DNA of 63,852 bases, counting the filler, from Thraustochytrium aureum (taxonomy: Eukaryota): assembly GCA_012862495.1 (NCBI GenBank). It is 5 parts of 3 records of this genome, joined end to end, with 100 filler letters (N's around TTAATTAATTAA, not from the genome) between each part and the next. Parts side by side here need not be neighbours in the genome. Positions count along the whole stretch, not along the records: positions 1 to 20,589 come from BLSG01000410.1; 4 more parts are not named here. The stretch is one strand, 5' to 3'. The translations under genes and the position numbers were made by a program. Below the pieces are notes generated by a model. It was not told the DNA's origin. It was given only the letters and a program-made list of their open reading frames with translations, and did not search any database. Positions 1 to 10,152 of the stretch are shown here, piece after piece. How positions within the stretch are numbered: position 1 is the stretch's first letter; every line of letters starts with the position of its first letter.

Positions 1-947
1 TCCTGCCCAGCAATAATCTCACGAACCTTGGTGGCCTCCCATGCTGTGCTGCTGCCCATTGTCGCCTTCTGCCGTCTGGTTGACCGCGAAGCAGGACTGC
101 TTTCAATGCTGCACGAGAGTTTAGTGTGGGGTGCGTGCGCGCGTTGGGTGTCCCCACCGCACCTGCACCGCTCGAGTACCCCACACTCACGGCACGAAGT
201 AGCACCAGAGGCTCCTGATCAGGCCCGAGAGCGATCGCTCGGCGCGGCTCCTGCCTGCCGCCTGCCAAATATCGTCGGGGCGCCAGCGCGATGATGACCA
301 GCGTCACCGTCGCATGCAGCACCAACGAGTGCCCACCTTGACAAGGTGAAGTAGGATGCAGCAAAAGTTCCGAACGCGCGGAAACGCGGCGCCTGCAGCA
401 CCTGCAGCGCCTGGAGAGCCGCCGCCCGCGCAGGGCGCAGGCCTGCGCTTCGGCAAGTAGGTAGGTAGGCAGGTGGGTCGCGCGGCCGCCTCGCGCCTGC
501 CGTGCCGCCCGCAGCGCTCGTTGCGAGTCTGCTGGTGTGGACTTCTGTTTTAGCCCATGGGTGTGCGCGCGTTTCTCCAAATCTTGCCCCTGCTGCGCGT
601 CTCCAACGGATAGGTGTTTTTGGCGATGCGTTTTGCTCGCTTTGTCAGGGCCGACTTCCCGGAGAGCGTCTCGCGCATGCCTGCGTGCTCGTGCATGCTC
701 GCGCGCAGGCCTTCCTGGACGCGATCATCGCGCGCAGATCAATCACGTCCTGCGCAGCGCTTCCAAGGCAGGCCTTCTTGTGCCCGCGCTTCGGCCCTGC
801 GCTTCTGGACGAACGTGAACGTCCCACGTTTGTGTTGGCGCCCGCGTCCCTGACCGGGCCGGCCGGCACACGCGAACAGAGCTTGGCCCTGGGGCCTGTT
901 GTGGCTGCGGTACGGCCGTGCTCGGGGGGTTCGGAAGCGGGCCGGTC

Positions 948-1640
948 ATGCTGGCGAACGGCGTGACGGCAGAGCAGCTCGCGCGGCAGAAGGACACGGG
1001 GGCGCTCGACGCTGCACATGGGACCGGCAAGCATGCAGACGTAGCAGATCAATGGGTCGAGGAGGAGAAGGACGCCAGCGAGCCAGCCTTTGACGTGGAC
1101 GCGTTTGAAAAACAAGTGCTGCCAGTCGCAAAAGAGGGCTACCTGCACAAGAAGAAGCAAAAGGGCCTGAGACTAGGCGTCTTCAACTGGCAGTACAGGT
1201 ACTGCGTTTTGGACAATGTGGACCGTGTGTTTCGCTACGGGCCGCACGAGGGGAGCCTCGAGACGAGGTCCATTCCTTACACCGAGATCAAGCGCGCGCA
1301 CTGCTCCAAAGGAGTGCCGCTAGAGGTGCAGGACGACAGCGGCGTTCCTGTCAGCAGCGGGCTTTTATTCGACGTCGAGCTCGCAGCGTCCGCTTCCAAC
1401 AAAAACGCGTCTCGCGTCTTCACGTTTCGCGCAGCCGACCCCCTCGCAGCAAAGAGCTGGGCAAACGCAATCCACGCAATTAGCCTGGACGCGAACCGCG
1501 AGCGGCGCTTGAGCGCCATGGTCCAGCGCAAAATCGAGGACCTCGATAACATCAGTGCCAATGCGAACGCCAACGCGACAGCCAAAGCCCCAACCAAAGC
1601 CCCATCCAAAGCCCCAACCGGCCGCTTGATCACGATCAGC
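948..1640 (+). CDS. PH-domain protein (3' end lost in gap)
   Basis: ATG at 948. KEGYLHKK...NWQYRYCVL...VFTFRA...AKSWANAIHAI is a canonical PH signature. The ORF runs into the N gap at 1641. Confidence 0.85.
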
Positions 1641-2299
1641 NNNNNNNNNNNNNNNNNNNNNNNNNNNNNNNNNNNNNNNNNNNNNNNNNNNNNNNNNNNN
1701 NNNNNNNNNNNNNNNNNNNNNNNNNNNNNNNNNNNNNNNNNNNNNNNNNNNNNNNNNNNNNNNNNNNNNNNNNNNNNNNNNNNNNNNNNNNNNNNNNNNN
1801 NNNNNNNNNNNNNNNNNNNNNNNNNNNNNNNNNNNNNNNNNNNNNNNNNNNNNNNNNNNNNNNNNNNNNNNNNNNNNNNNNNNNNNNNNNNNNNNNNNNN
1901 NNNNNNNNNNNNNNNNNNNNNNNNNNNNNNNNNNNNNNNNNNNNNNNNNNNNNNNNNNNNNNNNNNNNNNNNNNNNNNNNNNNNNNNNNNNNNNNNNNNN
2001 NNNNNNNNNNNNNNNNNNNNNNNNNNNNNNNNNNNNNNNNNNNNNNNNNNNNNNNNNNNNNNNNNNNNNNNNNNNNNNNNNNNNNNNNNNNNNNNNNNNN
2101 NNNNNNNNNNNNNNNNNNNNNNNNNNNNNNNNNNCAGACGCCGCGCACAAAAGCCACGTTCTTGCTCACCGCAACGCGCCGCCCCGCTCGCGCTCAGCTT
2201 GGCAACGAATACAAACACCAAGAAAACGTTTTTTTATATAGCAGAACGCGCTCGATCGCGGACTGCCCATCGCGGCGCAGGTTCCCCACCGGTCCACGC

Positions 2300-5200
2300 C
2301 TAAGCATCAGAGTCGTCGTCGTCCTCCATCTCGTCCAGCAGGTGCGAGACAGTGCTCGACATTGCCGCCGCCCTGCCACCCTGCCGTTCCCGCGGCGGCG
2401 GCGGTTGCGAGAGCCCTAGCTCGGCGGTCGACTGCGTGTACTCTAGCGCAGACGTCGAAGCGGCGGGCGAGCTCGCCGCGTCCGAGGTCCCATCGTACCG
2501 GTTGGCAAGCTGTCCAACGTCAAAGTGGCTTCGGCCGCTTCGCGCCAAACTGTCCACAGCGTCGCTCCGGCCCGAACTACTCACGCTCGTCTCGGTTCTC
2601 GAGCTGCCAGAGTCGTCCGAGAGGTGGAGCGTGTTCACCTGCGCGCGGCGGATGAGGCCCACCTTGGTAAACCGCGACATAGTCTTCTGGTGGCGCTCCT
2701 CGAGCTTTCGCCGCGTCATGGGCGACGGCGCGGCGCCCGCACCGGTCGACGAAACGTCAAGCGAGCGAGGCGTCTTGTCGCCCAACGAGCTTGTGGTCCG
2801 TCTCGAGTCCTCGACGGACGACCGCGAGTACTCTGACTCGCTCAGCTCGCCGCCAGACTCGTCCACCCCCCTCGCAGACCGCCTCCCAGTGCTCCGCCCC
2901 TCGACAGAAGACTCGTAGTCGCCAAAGTTGACCGGAACACTGAGGTCGGGCGTGGGATTGAGCGGAGCTGCGTCGCTAGCGCTCGCACCGCCCCCACCGC
3001 CGCTGTGGCGCAGCTTTGGGTCTGCTGGAGTTCCTGCAGCTTGGGCTTTCGGTGCTTGAGTGCGAGGCGGCGGCAGCGCGCCGTGCGCAGCCTCAACGGA
3101 TGCCGCACTGCGTGAGGCCGGCGAGGCGCTTGCAAGGACGCGACGCCCGCCAGAGCCGTCAAGTGAGCGCGACAGCTCCTGGCTGATCTCCAGCTGGGCT
3201 TGCTCGACCTCCTCGCGGCTGTGAAACCAGCGGGCCTTTATGTGTGGCTTCTCCGGGACCGGCGAGTAGGGCGCCGATGCGGTTGAGGGCGGCAGGTCGG
3301 CGTCGCGCACGTACTCGTCCACTAGGTCCTTGATCGCGCTCTCGGACAACCCCCCCTTGCTGGCATGCGCATACAACACCTTTCCGAACAGCCCTGCTGA
3401 TTGCACCGTCTCGTCCTCGTCGACCCGTGGCCCGCTTGGCCCGTCCCAGCGAAGGACGATCGCGTCTTTGGGCTTGCCCATCTCCTCGGCCAGTCTGCCC
3501 CGGACTTCAGCGACTCGCATGTTGCGCGAGACTGCCGCTGTAACCGGCCGTGAGCGGAATTCGCTCGAAGCACCCACACCGCGGGTATGCGCGCTTCTTG
3601 GCCGCCGCCTGGTGCCTCGCGCACCTCGAGATCCTCGTCCAGCTCGCCAGCGTTCCCGGAAACGCGCTGCCACCGGTACGTCGGAACGAATGCCGGGCCA
3701 ACGTCGCCGTCACTGCCGACGCGCCGGCGCAGGGCGACCATCTCGTCACGGAGCTCTCGCTCGCGCCGGAGCGCATCCAGCCGGCGCGCCACGACCCGCC
3801 ATGTCGTGAATGCATGGTTCTGCAGGCGCCGCCGCGCCAGCCGAAGAACGCGACGCAGCTGCATGCTACGCTGGTCGGCGAGGTCCCGCGAAACCTTGGA
3901 CTCGGAGNNNNNNNNNNNNNNNNNNNNNNNNNNNNNNNNNNNNNNNNNNNNNNNNNNNNNNNNNNNNNNNNNNNNNNNNNNNNNNNNNNNNNNNAGCTGC
4001 GTTTCGAGCTCCTGTCGCGCTAGGTCGGAACGTGCCGGCGCTGGCAAGGCGGGGTCGCTCTGCACTGGCGGCGAAGCGACGTGCTTTGGCACCTCGAGTT
4101 GGCTTTCGCTGCTGCGCCCGCGAGCGATGGCCTCGGCGAGCGCTACCATCTCGACGCGCAGCCGCTGGTTTTCTTCCACAACGCGGCTTAGCTCTGTCCG
4201 CAGATCGTGCAGCGATCCGCTTGCGCCAAGGATGCTGTCCACCTCGGCCCGCACCGCATCGTCGTCGTCTTCGAGGGCCGAGCCAGCGAGGCTTACGCGA
4301 GGCTTTGTGCGGCGCTCCCCAGTGGCCGCCTCGATTTTTTCGATTTGGCTCTGCAGGCGCTGCTCGCTGTTTTGCAGCAGCTGCTCGCGCTCCTGCAGCG
4401 CGCCGTGCTTCTCCTCCAACTCGGCAATTAGCTCCTGCTTCATCGCTTGCGCCTCCTCCTGCATGAGGCGGCGCATCTGCTCGGCTTGTTCGCGCATCTG
4501 CTCCTGCTGCTCCCGCAGCGCCTTTTCGCGAACCTCTACTTGGCGGCGAGCGGCTTCCAGCTTGCCGCGTTCCTCCTTTGCGGCAGAATCCGGCGCGTTG
4601 GCTTGCTCTGGGGCTGGGAGCGGGAGCTCGTCGCCGTGGCCGGGGTCGCGGGCAGCGCGCTGCGTGAGGAGAAACTCGTACGTCTTTAGCGTGCGCTTCT
4701 TCTGCTTGAGCTCGCGCCTGATGCTGGCGAGCTGCTCGTCCTGGATGGCGAGCTTTCGCTCCGCGACAGCGTGCTCCTTCCCAACGGTCTCGAGCTGGCC
4801 TTCGAGCGCGGTCGAGTACGAGAACAGCGTGTGCTGCACGTTGAGCAAGTACTCGATTGTGAGTTGCGTGATGCGGAACAGTTTGACAACGTTTTCGTCG
4901 GTGAACGTCCGAAGGTCGCGGGGGTCCAGCTCGGCAAAGGTCAGGTTTTCCAGCAGCCCTTGCAGCGTCTCGATGTCGACGTCTTGGATGATCTGTTCGA
5001 GGTCCAGCCTGGCGATGTTTCGCAAGTCGAGCCTGCCGTTGCGCTGCTGGAAGAAAAAGCTGCGTTGTGGCACTAGCTGCCGAGCTCCGTTGTTCGCAGC
5101 CGCGGTGTCGTTCTCCTTGCCAGCGTCTTGGCCAAGCACGACCGGCATCTTCCCGGCCCGGCTTCTGAACGCCTGCAACAGCGCATCGCGTCCGGCTTTG

Positions 5201-5391
5201 GCAGTCTCTACTCCCGACCCGGCTCTCGCAGCCGCCGCTACGCCCCTCGTCGCGGCGGCTCTCGCCGTTGCAGGGCCAACTCGGCCTTGCCTGGCTCGCC
5301 TCTTCGCCTCTTCGACGTCCACCTGCCGCCTCGCGCCGGCCCTCCTCGGCCCCCAGGGTCCTGCGTGCGCCGTCGTGGTCACCCCAGCCAT
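2300..5391 (-). CDS. DZIP1: DZIP1/Iguana-like ciliary basal-body coiled-coil protein with a C-terminal ubiquitin-like segment; frameshift near 3550
   Basis: FFFQQRNGRLDLRNIARLDLEQIIQDVDIETLQGLLENLTF...KLFRITQLTIEYLL matches the Dzip-like N domain, followed by a long coiled coil. The C-terminal part (VSRNMRVAEVRGRLAEEMG...acidic tail) lies in the 2300..3673 frame. Confidence 0.8.
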
Positions 5392-5439
5392 CCGTCGTCG
5401 CTGCCGCAGCTCGTCCGTCTACACCGCTCGCCAACATCG

Positions 5440-5830
5440 CAGCGCAACCGTCGTGCCGAAGATGCCGCACGAGGAGGTCGTCGACGGAAGGATGAACGGC
5501 ACTGGTCTCGACTCTCGACCGAACTGCAGCTTCAAGCCGGGCACCAGGCCAGCCTGTTCACGAGGGGCAGTGGCGTCGCGCGATACCGTACCGACCCGCC
5601 GCCGCCGCCGCCGCCTCGCAACCGTCGCCGTGGCGAAGATGTCGTGCGAGAATGTCGATGGACAGTAAAGAATTGGGGACCAATCTCGACCAAACAGCCG
5701 CCCGCCTCTCGCCGAGCGCCCAGCCAGCCTGGTCACAGGGTGCAGTGGCCGCGCGCGATACCGATCCGCCGCCGCCGCCGCCGCCGCGCAGCCGCCGTGG
5801 CGAAGATGCCGCGCGAGACTGTCGCTGGGA
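5440..5830. repeat. Degenerate tandem repeat, about 170-177 bp unit, about 2.3 copies
   Basis: GAAGATG anchor at 5458, 5635 and 5802. Shared blocks ccagcctg.tcac..gg.gcagtggc...cgcgataccg and (ccg)n. Confidence 0.75.
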
Positions 5831-6299
5831 GTGGGTGGGACCGAAAATGGCGCCAAATGTGATGGATGGAACGAATGGGACCAAAATGCCGNNNNNNNNN
5901 NNNNNNNNNNNNNNNNNNNNNNNNNNNNNNNNNNNNNNNNNNNNNNNNNNNNNNNNNNNNNNNNNNNNNNNNNNNNNNNNNNNNNNNNNNNNNNNNNNNN
6001 NNNNNNNNNNNNNNNNNNNNNNNNNNNNNNNNNNNNNNNNNNNNNNNNNNNNNNNNNNNNNNNNNNNNNNNNNNNNNNNNNNNNNNNNNNNNNNNNNNNN
6101 NNNNNNNNNACGAATGGGACCAAAATGCCGCCCGACGTGCTGGGTTTTCGCCCGCCGACCGGGCTCGCCGCCAGCGCCTTGGCCACCGCGCGCGCGCGTC
6201 GTCCGCACGGACCCCGCCTCAACGCGCTGCTCCTGCAGCGGCGGGGTTGGCGCACTGCTTGATCAAGAGGACAATGGACCTGCTCGATGCAGAACCAAG

Positions 6300-7306
6300 A
6301 TGGCGCCGACGATGGCGCAGTCGAGCAGCAGCGGCGGCGGCGGCGGCGGCTGGCCGGGCGCGGGCGGCTTGGACGACGGCGGTATGGCGGGCTGCGCGGC
6401 GGTGAGCGCCGCGGCGTCTGCGACATGGGGCGAAATGTCGCAGATTGACGCGGAATGGGCCGATGCCAGCGCCAACTCCGCCAGCGCCGCACCCAACAGC
6501 TTGGCCGCCAACGAGGCGAATAAGGTGCAGCGGACGCTGGACAGGGGAACGCCGAGTGGGACACGGCTACAAGAAGGCGAATGGCCTTGGGAGGATGCGG
6601 AAGATGACGTTCCGGCACATCCGGCAGCACACGCAGCGCCAGCAACGGGGTCAGCTGAAGGCCTGCTCTCGGCGTTTAAAGAGCGATGGGACGCGCTCTC
6701 GACGCTGGATGCCGGCGCAGCGGCCTCGGCCGGTGATGCTGCGCTGAGCGTCCAGCGCGCAGCGGACCTGAACTGCAGGCTTCTTGAGGCGCTTTCCGTC
6801 ATTCGAAAGCTCGAGGCGCGGGTCTGCGCAGCTGAAACCGCACTGCAGGAGGAGCGGGACTTGCGCCATGCCAGGGAGGCGCTGGCGAGCGCAGCTGCGT
6901 CTGCCATGGACGCCAGGATGGAAGGGCTGCGGCGCGATCTCGAGAGCCGCATCGAGCTGGAGGCCGCACGAGCTGCTGCGCTCGCGCTAGGCTCGGCGCT
7001 CGCGACAATCAAGTGCGGTAGCCCCCCACTCTCGCACAAGTGGGGCCTGCCGCTGGAGGTTGCGAAGATGACAAGCGCCCGCCCGCGAGAAGCAACGCGC
7101 GCCGGGGCTCGGCGCTCCTACCAAGCCCAAACGCGACCGCGCCAGACCCTGAAGCTGCAAGGTCGCGGGCCACCGGCGCCGCGCGGATCGACGAGGACGA
7201 GAGCGCTGGCGACGAGGCCGACGACGAGGCTCTCTTTGACGCTGGGTCGGACGAGGCTCGCGGGCGGCGCGGCCTGCTGGACGACGATGACGACGACGAC
7301 AACTAG
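6300..7306 (+). CDS. Hypothetical coiled-coil protein with acidic C-terminus; probable frameshift near 7030
   Basis: ATG at 6300. Heptad-rich region (LLEALSVIRKLEARV...LQEERDLR). The acidic tail ...LLDDDDDDDN* is in the 7040..7306 frame. Confidence 0.55.
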
Positions 7307-7443
7307 CTAGGCCCAGGAGGAGAGCTGGCGGCTGTCGCGCCGCAGCCGGGTCGAGTAAAGCAAAGCAAAGCAAGGTCACGGTGTTGTACATTGTGGCTTT
7401 CAGCGGGCCTCCCCGAGCGCCACCGCACGGGCGATCGAGCAAG

Positions 7444-7761
7444 CTACATTGACGGCTCGTCGTCGGCCGGGTCCTGGACAACGATGAGCGTGTACTTGCT
7501 CTCGGTGGGCTCTGGGGCGATCATAATCTCCTCGTTGTTGGTTCGAATGCGCAAGAACTTTAGCGTGTTCTCTGGGTCGAGCTCGCGCACCATGCTCTGT
7601 GTCTTCTTGGTCAGCTCGGACAGCAGTCCGGCGTACCGCCGCTCCTCTTCGGGGTCGTTCAGGCTACTCCGAATGGTCTGCCCGCGGCTGTTGAGCACGA
7701 ACACGCGCTTGACGCCCTTGTGCGACTGGATGCGCTTGATGCACTGTTCCGCTTCCGACAT
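7444..7761 (-). CDS. DYNLRB: Dynein light chain, roadblock/LC7 type
   Basis: MSEAEQCIKRIQSHKGVKRVFVLNSRG...ELDPENTLKFLRIRTNNEEIMIAP...YTLIVVQDP; 105 aa. Confidence 0.95.
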   Translation of the reverse strand: MSEAEQCIKRIQSHKGVKRVFVLNSRGQTIRSSLNDPEEERRYAGLLSELTKKTQSMVRELDPENTLKFLRIRTNNEEIMIAPEPTESKYTLIVVQDPADDEPSM

Positions 7762-8539
7762 CCTGGCCGCTCGACTGCCGTGACTGGGCCCGACTGCCTG
7801 CCTGCCTAGCTGCCTCTCCAACGGCGTGACTGGCTGCCTTCTCTGGCTGCGAGCACTGCGGCTCCCCTGCGTGCCTGCCTGCCTGCTGCCTGCCTGCCTG
7901 CCTGCCTGTGCTCCTGCGTGCTGGTTAGCGAGCAGATTGGCGCCGCCTCGCGTCTTGCGAGTCTGCTGTTGAGGCGACCGTTGCTTCACAGAGAGACAAC
8001 ATCAGCCTTCTTCCTGCCTACCCGAAGATTACATCATGGTCACAAGCACACAAGCAGCGCTACGTAATCTGTACATGGTGGCAATGATGATGTCAGCTCA
8101 CACTACGCAGCAGTTGCGTGAGGATAGCATTGGGCGGGACCAAGTACGCAAGCAACGCGATGGCAGTATCCGAATGGCGTCACACTCGGCGGTATGACGA
8201 TAGGCAATGCTTGCTGTGAGCATGGTGACGTCACTACCGAATAGTTTCCAGATTGCAAGAAGAAATCAACAACAACAACGAGAACAATCACCCACGGAGT
8301 GCATCAATCGACGTCGTCGCAGACTTGCGAGCGCGCCGCGCGCGATCGACTTGGTCGCACTTGGTCTGTGGCGGCAGCAGCGGCGCCAGCAGAGCGTTCA
8401 ATAGGAATACCCTTTAGATTTTCCGTCGCTGGGCTCTGCCGGCCCGACAGCGGCCGTCTTCGCAACTCGTCGAGGTGCAAGCTCTTGCGGACGGACCGTC
8501 GTCAAACGATTGGGCGGCAGGCGGCTGCAGGCTTGGCCC

Positions 8540-9103
8540 ATGGAGTTTGGCTTTGACGTGGAGCGCTGCGTAAGCAGCTCGTGCAAGAGCACGCGCGACC
8601 CCAGAGTTGTCGTCGTCGAGGCCGAACGCGTGAAAAGGGATGCGCGGCTCTGCGAGGTGATCGATCGCATGGGCCGAGCAAGCGCCAAGGCGCAGCACCT
8701 CCAACTACCAATCACGACCGCCAGAAAGTTGGAGGCCTCTTCTGACCGGGTCTATTTGGCGGCGGAGGGCAACACCTGCCTCGGACTCGTGCGCGTCGGC
8801 GAGCGCTCGCTCTACCTGCACGACGCGAATGGCAACATGCGTCACTTCCCGCACGCGCTTTGTGTGCTAGACTTTATCGTGGCGCCGAGCTGCCAGCGGC
8901 GCGGGTACGGCAAGAAGCTCTTTTCTGCAATGCTGTCAGCTGAAGACGCGCAGCCTTCCGGGGTAGCGCTTGACCGGCCCTCCGACCTCTCGCTTCAGTT
9001 CATGGGGCGCCACTTTGCCCTCAGCGACCCAAGCTTTCAGAGCAACCACTTTGTGGTCTACCCAGGGTTCTTCGAGCATCAGCAAGAGCCACGCAAGCGC
9101 TGA
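8540..9103 (+). CDS. ATAT1: Alpha-tubulin N-acetyltransferase (MEC-17 family)
   Basis: IDRMGRASAKAQHL..PIT, CVLDF...CQRRGYGKKLF, ALDRPS and QSNHFVV motifs. Confidence 0.95.
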   Translation: MEFGFDVERCVSSSCKSTRDPRVVVVEAERVKRDARLCEVIDRMGRASAKAQHLQLPITTARKLEASSDRVYLAAEGNTCLGLVRVGERSLYLHDANGNMRHFPHALCVLDFIVAPSCQRRGYGKKLFSAMLSAEDAQPSGVALDRPSDLSLQFMGRHFALSDPSFQSNHFVVYPGFFEHQQEPRKR

Positions 9104-10152
9104 CGACCAACCAGCGCTGCAATCAAACGCCCTTCCGCTGCGGCGCGCTCACGGCCCCTCGCCGCTTTGTTGCGGGCGAGCACCAGGCCCCAGACCAACA
9201 AACGCACCGCACTAAACCTTTCGTGATCATTGCTGGCCCAGCCGCGCGCTGGCGGGCGGGCGGGCGCAAGCACAAGGTCCAGCCCTGCCTCCTTGCCTTG
9301 CCTCCCCATCCTCGCTGGCCCAGCCGCGACGCGCTCGAGCCTAGCTCGGACGCGGCCAGCGACGCGGACGTGCATGCCCGGCATGGCACGGCAAGGCGCG
9401 CAAAGACGCCTTGCTGGTTGGCTGGCGCGCAGGGCACACCAACACGCGCCATTGACGCACTTCCACGCACAATGTCGCACTCATCCCGCCCTTGGCGCCG
9501 CTCCACAGTCCTCGAACAGTGCAGCGCGCGAGAGCCGCGTTGGCCTCGCAGGGCNNNNNNNNNNNNNNNNNNNNNNNNNNNNNNNNNNNNNNNNNNNNNN
9601 NNNNNNNNNNNNNNNNNNNNNNNNNNNNNNNNNNNNNNNNNNNNNNNNNNNNNNNNTCGGGGCTCGAGGAAGCGGCGGCTGGGCGGCCGTTGCTGCTCGC
9701 TGTCAGCTGCTCGCTGTCGCATCGGGTGTGGCGCGACGCGCTGGCGGTTGGCTCGTTGGCCTGGAGGTGGTGGAAGAGTGTGCGTGGGGTGGCCACGGGT
9801 GCGCGCCAGGCGTCCCAGTGACCTTCCTTCTGTCCCTTTCCTGCCTTCCTCAGGCTGCTTGGGATTTCTTCCGCGCTGCGGTCGACGCACGGCTGAGCGG
9901 CACGCGCTGCTCCTCGTGCTCCTGCCAGTGCCAGTGGGCTATTCGAAATCTCTCCAGCCCGAGTCGGATCATCCGCGGCGGCAGCATCCGCGAGTGGCCG
10001 GCAGCGGCTCTTGCTGCCAGAGTGTACTTACTTCGTCTGCGGGCGGAGCGGATCTGGCAGCGTGTGCGACCCTTTTGCAACGCGGTGTCGCCTCAGCACC
10101 GCGCTTGGGCCAGCTTACTTGGCGGCGCTCACCGATTTCAATAAACCGCGCG

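Noticed and set aside
3587..5668. Long antisense or alternative-frame ORFs (e.g. 693 aa here; also 21007-22359 and 26689-27810)
   Set aside because: Shadow ORFs of real genes caused by high GC and codon bias; Ser/Arg-rich with no motifs.
5440..5830. CRISPR-like array
   Set aside because: The units are long and degenerate over their whole length, there is no constant repeat/unique spacer pattern, no cas genes are present, and the context is eukaryotic.
8040..8140. C/D snoRNA or hairpin RNA (ATGATGA plus an acgca/tgcgt stem)
   Set aside because: No appropriately placed CTGA D box or terminal stem; too weak to call.
9223..10152. 310-aa N-terminal extension of the TMEM245-like ORF
   Set aside because: It spans a gap, is Arg/Pro-rich UTR-like sequence and starts at a non-ATG codon; ATG 10153 (or 10291) is more plausible.
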